A stretch of DNA of 34,799 nt, from sequence record DRR723986_6171, one strand, 5' to 3'. Positions 28,625 to 34,799 of the stretch are shown here, piece by piece. How positions within the stretch are numbered: the stretch's first letter is position 1; every line of letters begins with the position of its first letter. The translations under genes were made by a program, and so were the position numbers. The notes under the pieces are model-generated. The model had not been told where the DNA came from and made no database searches. It was given only the letters and a program-made list of their open reading frames with translations.

Positions 28625-28640
28625 GGCAATGCCTGTGCCA
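28625..28640 (-). promoter_or_regulatory. sigma54 promoter of the TagA/WecG-like gene
   Basis: Minus strand TGGCACAGGCATTGCC; IHF-like AATCATAGACTTA at 28658-28670 (minus). Confidence 0.8.
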
Positions 28641-28739
28641 GGCGCGTAAAATTATTTTAAGTCTATGATTTATAAGTGATTGCCAAAGGGTTAGGTGGGT
28701 TTTTAACGGCGCAGAGAGTGGTTCGATAGCCAGCATGAT

Positions 28740-28752
28740 TTGCATTTTGCAA
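28740..28752. promoter_or_regulatory. LuxO-type enhancer box 4
   Basis: TTGCA-TTT-TGCAA, exact TTGCAW3TGCAA. Confidence 0.75.
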
Positions 28753-28802
28753 TGCAACTGGCTTGCCGGTGATGCTAAGCCGCACTGCGAGAAACATTAG
28801 GC

Positions 28803-31526
28803 TTAGAATGACCGCGCTTCTAACTCAGCGACCGCATGATTGAGGGCCTCTTTGCCCGACGAGAATTTCTCGCCGGATACCGAAAGTAGCTCCATAAGAA
28901 GCTGGGTATTTTCAGCATCGCAGCATTTTTCGATCTGCAAACAATAGTCCTGCAACGACGTTGCGCCGCAATAACCAAGATTACTTTTCGCGGAGTGCAC
29001 GGCGTCGCGAAGCCCGGCGAGTGCTGGTTGATCGACGGAGTCCGCAATCGCTGCAGTCAGAGACTGCAACTTATCAAGCTGCTCCACGACCATTTTTAAA
29101 ATAATGAGCGCGGTCTCTAACCCTGTATCGACAACGAGTTGTTCAAGGATCGTGGTGTCTATCTCCGCGGCATACAGGGCTGCAGTGAGTGTTGCGGTGT
29201 TGCCCACGTCATCTTGGGAGCTGGACGCAGCGGTTTGTTCAACAGGCAGCCAGGACTCAAGTGTGTTCAGCAATTCATCGCGGTTTACCGGTTTAGACAG
29301 GAAACCATCCATGCCCGCGTCTTCACAGCGCTTTACATCGGTATCGAAGGCATTGGCGGTCATTGCGATAATTGGGGTGTTGCGCTCTTTACCGGGCAAT
29401 TGGCGGATGTGTCGGGTTGCCTCTAAACCGTCCATTTCAGGCATGCGCAAATCCATTAGCACCAAGTCGTAGCGGCCACTGGTTACGGCCATTAATGCCT
29501 CAATGCCGTTGGCGACGATGTCGACTTGATAGCCGGCGCGCAACAACAGAGTCTTCGCGACTAACTGGTTTGCTTCGTTATCCTCTGCGAGTAGGAGCTT
29601 GTGCCGGCTTGGGTTTATTTCGTCGGTGGTGTGTTCATCGGCGGGCTCCGATTCGGCGTCGCCGTCGAGAATGGCAAGGAGCTGGCTCGGCCGAAAGGGG
29701 CGATACATCATATGTTGGAAGCCGGCCTTGCTACTGTGTTGCAAGAGTTCCGCCGAAAAATTGCGGTTGTACAGCACCACTTGTTGAATGGGGATCTGCT
29801 GCGCCATCAATAACGTGCTCAATTTTTCCGGTGTGGCAAAGCAGCGCATGTCCACGATCAGTATGTCGCGTGCAGATAATTTCGGAAGGTTCTCTAAGGC
29901 ACGAATTGCGATGGCTTCTATGCCCAGCCAGTCCGCTTGTTGCAGTATGCTGGCAAGCAGTGTTTTGTTGTCGCTCCGCAAAAACAGCTTGCCTGGTGCG
30001 CGTTTTGGCTTTGCCAGGCTGGGAAGGCTAGTGCTGCTTGCATTGACCGGTATCTCAACGCGGAACCGGCAGCCTTCGCCTTTTTTGCTCGTCAGCGAGA
30101 TTCTGCCGTCGAGCAATTCAGTCAGTTTTTTACATATGACTAAGCCAAGGCCCGTGCCGCCGTGAACGGCGCTGTCACTATTATCTACTTGAGAGAATTC
30201 ATTAAATAACTTCTCTTGATCCTCTTCTGAAATCCCAACCCCAGAGTCGCGCACTTCAAGTACCAGTCCGAGTCGGCCGTCAGCCAGTTTTTCATCGGTT
30301 TGAGAGATTTTTAGATTTACGCCGCCAGAGTCAGTGAACTTAATCGCGTTATCGAGAAGGTTGGTGACGATTCGCCGTACAAAGCTCAGGTCACTGATTA
30401 CCGTTTTCGGTATGCGGGGGTCGATGCAGGCGGAGATCTCGATATCTTTATTTACCGCGCGAATGGTTGATACCTCCATCACGCGCTCACATTGCTCTAA
30501 TAAACTGAACTTGCTGGAGTGAATTTCTTGTTGCCCGGACTCGATTTTTGAAAAGTCCAGCACGTCTTCTATGACGCTTAATAAACTATTGCCTGCCGCA
30601 AGTGAGGTCTCTGCCAGCATGCGTTGCTCGGTGGATAAATCGCCTTCAAGCAGCAGGTCCATACAGCCAATAACGGCGTTCAGGGGCGAGCGAATCTCGT
30701 GGCTCATATGCGCGAGAAAGCTGGATTTAGCCTTACTGCTTGCAACTGCGGTTTCCCTTGCCTGAGTAAGCGCTTTTTCCCGCTCGATGCGCGTTGTAAT
30801 GTCTCGAATGGTTGCGGTAAAGAAGGTTTGCCCTTCGAATTCGGCAGTGGGAACAACGGTTAGCTCGCAGGGGAAGAGGCTGCCATCTCGCCGGATAGCT
30901 TCTACTTCTATCCGCGTATTCAGCACAGGCCCCTGCCGGGTCTTATTGAAGTTGGCCATGCCCTCGTTGTGAGATTTTCTCATGCCGTGGGGAATGACGA
31001 TGTCCGCCACATGTTTACCGACCACCTCTTCCCGGGTGTAGCCAAAGAGTTGTTCCGCAGAGCTGCCAAATTCATGGATGACGCTCTTGTCATCAATGGT
31101 AATGATGGCGTCGAGGCTGGACTCGTACAGTGAGCGGGAGATGATTTCCAGGTGCTTTTGCTGGCGTTGAATACGACTCAGCCCCAATCGATCGGGGTAG
31201 ATCGTCAGTAGAAAACGCCCCGGCGGCTCATCAGAGGCCGTAAGGTGGAGGATAAGCGGCTCGCCATCCATGGTTGCGGCAAAGCTTTGCGATGCGACGC
31301 CAGCCGCCGCCCCGGATTTGAGTGAATGCAGCGCAGCACTGGGCAGGCGGTCACGTAGTTTGTCTCCCGGACTGACTGACGCGAGAGACCGAAGTGTATC
31401 GATAGGACCGCGGTGCAGAATGCGGGTAATGGTGCCCTCGTGGTCGATCTCAAATTCAGCCCAGCTTTCAATACTTCTGCTGCCAGCCTGCGGCTGCTTT
31501 GAGGGACGATCGTCAGTCATAAGCAT
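28803..31526 (-). CDS. Cytoplasmic hybrid histidine kinase: PAS-HisKA-HATPase-degenerate REC-REC-Hpt
   Basis: H box MSHEIRSPLN, NAIKFT, DSGVG, GTGLGL; REC AEDN..MDLRMPEMDG..SKP; Hpt VHSAKS; no TM segment. Confidence 0.93.
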   Translation of the reverse strand: MLMTDDRPSKQPQAGSRSIESWAEFEIDHEGTITRILHRGPIDTLRSLASVSPGDKLRDRLPSAALHSLKSGAAAGVASQSFAATMDGEPLILHLTASDEPPGRFLLTIYPDRLGLSRIQRQQKHLEIISRSLYESSLDAIITIDDKSVIHEFGSSAEQLFGYTREEVVGKHVADIVIPHGMRKSHNEGMANFNKTRQGPVLNTRIEVEAIRRDGSLFPCELTVVPTAEFEGQTFFTATIRDITTRIEREKALTQARETAVASSKAKSSFLAHMSHEIRSPLNAVIGCMDLLLEGDLSTEQRMLAETSLAAGNSLLSVIEDVLDFSKIESGQQEIHSSKFSLLEQCERVMEVSTIRAVNKDIEISACIDPRIPKTVISDLSFVRRIVTNLLDNAIKFTDSGGVNLKISQTDEKLADGRLGLVLEVRDSGVGISEEDQEKLFNEFSQVDNSDSAVHGGTGLGLVICKKLTELLDGRISLTSKKGEGCRFRVEIPVNASSTSLPSLAKPKRAPGKLFLRSDNKTLLASILQQADWLGIEAIAIRALENLPKLSARDILIVDMRCFATPEKLSTLLMAQQIPIQQVVLYNRNFSAELLQHSSKAGFQHMMYRPFRPSQLLAILDGDAESEPADEHTTDEINPSRHKLLLAEDNEANQLVAKTLLLRAGYQVDIVANGIEALMAVTSGRYDLVLMDLRMPEMDGLEATRHIRQLPGKERNTPIIAMTANAFDTDVKRCEDAGMDGFLSKPVNRDELLNTLESWLPVEQTAASSSQDDVGNTATLTAALYAAEIDTTILEQLVVDTGLETALIILKMVVEQLDKLQSLTAAIADSVDQPALAGLRDAVHSAKSNLGYCGATSLQDYCLQIEKCCDAENTQLLMELLSVSGEKFSSGKEALNHAVAELEARSF

Positions 31527-31619
31527 TTACGTAGTCGCGAAAGGTAATCTGAGTATTTGATATCTGGTCGGCGCAGTCAATTTCCGCCTGGCTGGCGATA
31601 TTGCTGAGTTGCAGAACAG

Positions 31620-31634
31620 TTTGCATTTTGCAAA
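31620..31634. promoter_or_regulatory. LuxO-type enhancer box 5
   Basis: TTTGCA-TTT-TGCAAA perfect dyad between the divergent kinase and REC-Hpt/activator genes. Confidence 0.75.
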
Positions 31635-31740
31635 GCAATATAGGATGTTGGTGATAAAAATTGTCGCTGTTCTGGCTGTCGTTCGCCGCAAAGTAGGCTA
31701 ACAACATGATAGTTATAACAAAGTTGCTGTTGTAAGTACT

Positions 31741-31756
31741 TGGTGCCGATATTGCG
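31741..31756 (+). promoter_or_regulatory. Putative sigma54 promoter of the REC-Hpt/activator operon
   Basis: TGGTGCCGATATTGCG, GG-N10-GC with TTGC. Confidence 0.55.
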
Positions 31757-31804
31757 TAGTCATGGGAGAAAATTATTTTCGCCACCGCAGCGCAGAGGTA
31801 AAAA

Positions 31805-32584
31805 ATGATGGCCCGACCGCAAAGCCACTCACTAGTGACACGCAAAGTCTTGGTCGCCGATGATAGCTTGCCCGGCTTATTGGCAGTAAAGGCCATGCTT
31901 GAGGCTGAGGGCATCATCTGCGATACCGCCAATGATGGAAGCAGCGCACTGGCAAAAGCGCAACACGAGCGTTACGACGCACTGTTGTTAGACGAGCACA
32001 TGCCGGGGCTGCAGGGGTCGGCGATATGCGTTGCGCTGCGAGGGGAGTCGGGCCCTAACCAGCATGCCATGATTATTTCGCTCAGCGGCGAACAAGGGAG
32101 CGGGCACCGCGCGGTAATGGACGCAGCGGGCTTTGACGCGATGTTGGCGAAGCCGGTCAGTAAGCTGGCGCTGGTGTCCGTACTGAGCGAATCGGGCGAC
32201 AGTGAGTCATCCATCAAGGGCGATGACATAGCCGGCTTCGGCGATGACGAAGCGTTGCTCGATGTAGCAGTGCATCGCGATATGCAGGAACAGTTCGACC
32301 CGGCTACGGTTGCGCGTTTGTTTGGGCTGTTTATTGACGAATTATCAGTATTGTCGGCGCGTTTGAGTACCGCCATCGATCATAATTCAGAGACTGAAGT
32401 CATGGCCGTTGCGCATATTCTAAAAAACTCGGCGGAGTTGTACGGCGCCAAACGCCTGTCGTGTCTGGCCCGCTATATCAATGAAACGCCACCAAGTGGC
32501 CGAGAGCAAATCATCGAACTTGCCGAACAGTTGCTGGCGGTGTGTCATGAAACACGTCAGAAAGTTCAGGTAGAGCTGCTGTAG
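31805..32584 (+). CDS. Receiver-Hpt phosphotransfer protein
   Basis: REC (VADD, LLDEHMP, AKP) plus Hpt (AHILKNSA..YGA.RL). Confidence 0.87.
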   Translation: MMARPQSHSLVTRKVLVADDSLPGLLAVKAMLEAEGIICDTANDGSSALAKAQHERYDALLLDEHMPGLQGSAICVALRGESGPNQHAMIISLSGEQGSGHRAVMDAAGFDAMLAKPVSKLALVSVLSESGDSESSIKGDDIAGFGDDEALLDVAVHRDMQEQFDPATVARLFGLFIDELSVLSARLSTAIDHNSETEVMAVAHILKNSAELYGAKRLSCLARYINETPPSGREQIIELAEQLLAVCHETRQKVQVELL

Positions 32585-32620
32585 TCGTGTTATTTTTTAA
32601 AAATCTGCGGAGGGCATTCA

Positions 32621-34060
32621 ATGTCTGAGGGATCGCAAAAGCTGGTATATGTTGTGGAAGACAGTGTGTCCAGCGGGGCCCTTTATAGCAGTTACCTCGA
32701 GGCCGCTGGTTATGCGGTGTCGCATTTTATTGACGGCCATTCCGCCCTGGTAGCTATCAAGGAAAAGATGCCAGATATCTTGGTGCAGGATGTCTGCCTA
32801 CCCGACATCAGTGGTATGGAGGTAATGCGCTTTACCAAAGCGCGTGCCGATATTCCGGTGATCATTATTACCGCTAACAGCTCCATCGATATCGCCGTTG
32901 AGGCGATGCGCGATGGCGGCTTCGATTTTATAGAAAAGCCGTTTTCCAAGGACAGACTGATCGCCGCTGTTGCCGATGCCGCGCAGCAGTCGACCTTAGA
33001 TCAGGGACAAGTCACTGCTGGTGCCACGGCGGCATCAAAACCCCGGCCAATCCGAGCTGTAAGAGAGCATTTTGTCGGCGAGTCCTCGGTAATGGAGAGC
33101 ATTTATCAGCTTCTCGACAGCGCGGCCCGCAGTAAGGCGAGTGTGTTTGTCACTGGCGAAAGTGGCACCGGCAAGGAAGTGTGTGCGCAAGCGCTGCACG
33201 ATGCCAGCTCGCGCGCTTCCGGGCCGTTTATTCCCGTTAACTGCGCGGCGATCCCCGCTGAGTTATTCGAGTCGGAAATTTTTGGCCATGAAAAAGGCGC
33301 CTTCAGCGGCGCGGTGTCCCAGCGCAAAGGTGCGGCCGAGTTAGCCAATGGTGGCACCCTGTTTCTCGACGAGATCGGCGAAATGGATTTGGCCTTGCAA
33401 GCAAAACTGCTTCGCTTTTTGCAAACCGGGACGTTTAGTCGAGTCGGTGGCCAAAAAATGATGCACTCAGATATACGCATTGTTTGCGCCACAAACCGCG
33501 ATCCAGAAGACGCTGTTCGGCAGGGGCAGTTCAGGGAAGACCTCTATTATCGTTTAAATGTTATTCCGGTTAAGTTGCCGCCCTTGCGTGACAGGGGCAG
33601 GGATATTATCGCCTTGGCGACGCATTTTCTGGCAGAGAAGTCCGCGGCAAATAACAAAGTATTTCGTGGGTTTACCGATGCGGCGATGGAGCTGTTACTC
33701 AGCTACGAGTGGCCTGGCAACATTCGCCAATTACAAAATGTTATCGAAAATATCGTGGTGGTCCACGATGAAGAATTCGTCAATGATGACATGCTACGAG
33801 TGGTGACGAGCAGCGTTGTGCCAACGCCACTGACGACATCGTCTCCTGCACCGCAATCGTTAACGGGTGCCGACTCCATGCCGCCAGGCGTCGTAGCGGC
33901 TAAGCCGGGTATTCGTCCATTGTGGATGGTGGAGAAAGAAACCATAGAATCGGCGATCGAGCAGTGTGATGGCAATATCCCGCTTGCTGCGGCATGCCTT
34001 GGTGTGAGTGCATCGACAATCTATCGAAAAATAAAAGCCTGGGAGAAAGATGAGGCATAG
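32621..34060 (+). CDS. sigma54-dependent response regulator, LuxO/SypG-like
   Basis: REC-AAA+-Fis HTH; GESGTGKEVCA, GAFSGA, FLDEIGEM; LuxO-like segments SAARSKASVF, LLRFLQTGTF, PLWMVEK..IE.AIE.CDGNIP.AA..L.VS.STIYRK..AW. Confidence 0.93.
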   Translation: MSEGSQKLVYVVEDSVSSGALYSSYLEAAGYAVSHFIDGHSALVAIKEKMPDILVQDVCLPDISGMEVMRFTKARADIPVIIITANSSIDIAVEAMRDGGFDFIEKPFSKDRLIAAVADAAQQSTLDQGQVTAGATAASKPRPIRAVREHFVGESSVMESIYQLLDSAARSKASVFVTGESGTGKEVCAQALHDASSRASGPFIPVNCAAIPAELFESEIFGHEKGAFSGAVSQRKGAAELANGGTLFLDEIGEMDLALQAKLLRFLQTGTFSRVGGQKMMHSDIRIVCATNRDPEDAVRQGQFREDLYYRLNVIPVKLPPLRDRGRDIIALATHFLAEKSAANNKVFRGFTDAAMELLLSYEWPGNIRQLQNVIENIVVVHDEEFVNDDMLRVVTSSVVPTPLTTSSPAPQSLTGADSMPPGVVAAKPGIRPLWMVEKETIESAIEQCDGNIPLAAACLGVSASTIYRKIKAWEKDEA

Positions 34061-34096
34061 CCTTGTGCTACCTCAACGGCAGGCAGATGGTGTTGT

Positions 34097-34498
34097 TTAC
34101 CAACTGTTAAGCCAGTCCCAGAGCCCCAGAGACTGCTCGCTAAAAATGTTGATGCCAACAGCAGACTTGGCAATATACAGTAGCAATAGCCCCACGCTAA
34201 CTGCGACAGTTAGCGCCATCGCCGCCACGAATAGAAATGCCATTGCCGACGCGGCTTGCTCGCGCGGAGATAGCGTGCGCTGGTTTCGCCCCGCCAGCAA
34301 CACGATAAAAAGACTGCTCGGTATCAGCGGTAATTTCAGTGTCAGGCGGAGGTCGACAGGGAGTTTTCCCCCTTGCCGACCGGCAATCGCCTGTTGAATC
34401 CCGAGCAGCTGTTCGGTGCTGAAACTGTTCGCCGCACTAGCGGGCATAGACTGTAAAAAGCGTTGTACAGCAGGGTCGCTATTTGGGTGATCCACCAA
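34097..34498 (-). CDS. Hypothetical membrane protein
   Basis: AGGAG RBS 7 nt before TTG 34498 (GTG 34495 alternative) suggests a later start than the track's 34609; SFS.EQL, VDLR, LAGR..R, LYIAKSAVGINIF. Confidence 0.7.
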   Translation of the reverse strand: MVDHPNSDPAVQRFLQSMPASAANSFSTEQLLGIQQAIAGRQGGKLPVDLRLTLKLPLIPSSLFIVLLAGRNQRTLSPREQAASAMAFLFVAAMALTVAVSVGLLLLYIAKSAVGINIFSEQSLGLWDWLNSW

Positions 34499-34770
34499 GA
34501 CTAAACTCCTACTCGCGTATATTTTGTAACAAGAGTCTTCACGGTGTAGCCAGTCTGACAAGTACCGCGGTGATGGCAATACGAACATATACGCGAAGCA
34601 CCCGAGCAAACTGTTACCGTGAGTCGATCGTCGATGAACGGCGTGGCTGCCTTAGCCATCGATGTGTTGTGTTCAGGAAGCAGAAGAGGGGCGGTGCTTT
34701 CGGGGTGGAATGACACCCGTAATCAATCAGATGGGGGCTGGCACACTAAGCGTGTTTGTCTTTCGGGGAT

Positions 34771-34799
34771 TGGTCGGAATGAGAGGATTCGAACCTCCG
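34771..34799 (-). tRNA. tRNA-Pro, 3' portion only (anticodon outside window)
   Basis: Minus strand CGGAGGTTCGAATCCTCTCATTCCGACCA: T arm GGTTCGAATCC, acceptor end CCG-A-CCA typical of tRNA-Pro. Confidence 0.85.

Noticed and set aside
16133-31634. TTGCA repeats as CRISPR, REP or mobile-element ends
   Set aside because: Isolated 13-15 bp dyads at promoter-specific positions, no spacers, cas or transposase genes
31527-31804. Qrr-like sRNA next to the luxO-like operon
   Set aside because: No Qrr core sequence or hairpin-polyU terminator recognised; each sigma54 promoter leads to a nearby CDS start
29104-31932. Overlapping ORFs across the hybrid kinase and its promoter, including 31513-31932
   Set aside because: Antisense or alternate frames; 31513-31932 runs through the regulatory region and opposes the REC-Hpt gene
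34097-34609. 170-aa version of the last ORF, or an enzymatic assignment for it
   Set aside because: RBS supports a start near 34498; small membrane protein with no recognisable catalytic motifs

Overview
Gammaproteobacterial chromosome segment (marine Cellvibrionales/Spongiibacteraceae-like by gene content; taxonomy is inference) with three blocks. (1) 1-6.0 kb: a window-truncated acetoacetate-CoA ligase with a divergent LysR regulator, an acyltransferase, a Ddn-type deazaflavin oxidoreductase, an unlisted 41-aa Lys-rich small ORF, a hypothetical protein and an EamA transporter. (2) 6.1-14.8 kb, minus strand: a zinc-starvation operon behind a Zur-like box (COG0523/ZigA, DksA2, FolE2, small ORF, QueD-like, hypothetical, second ThrRS, PyrC2-type dihydroorotase, an HHHSS-motif iota-carbonic-anhydrase-like protein, Maf), with a tandem PNPOx-like gene diverging from it. 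(3) 16.1-34.1 kb: a Wzx/Wzy-dependent, probably pyruvylated exopolysaccharide locus with its own phosphorelay (cytoplasmic PAS hybrid kinase, REC-Hpt protein, LuxO-like sigma54 activator). Five promoter regions in block 3 each pair a sigma54 -24/-12 element with a TTGCA-N3-TGCAA box, the Vibrio LuxO consensus. The window ends in the 3' end of a tRNA-Pro. All family calls come from motif recognition by eye; no database searches were run.
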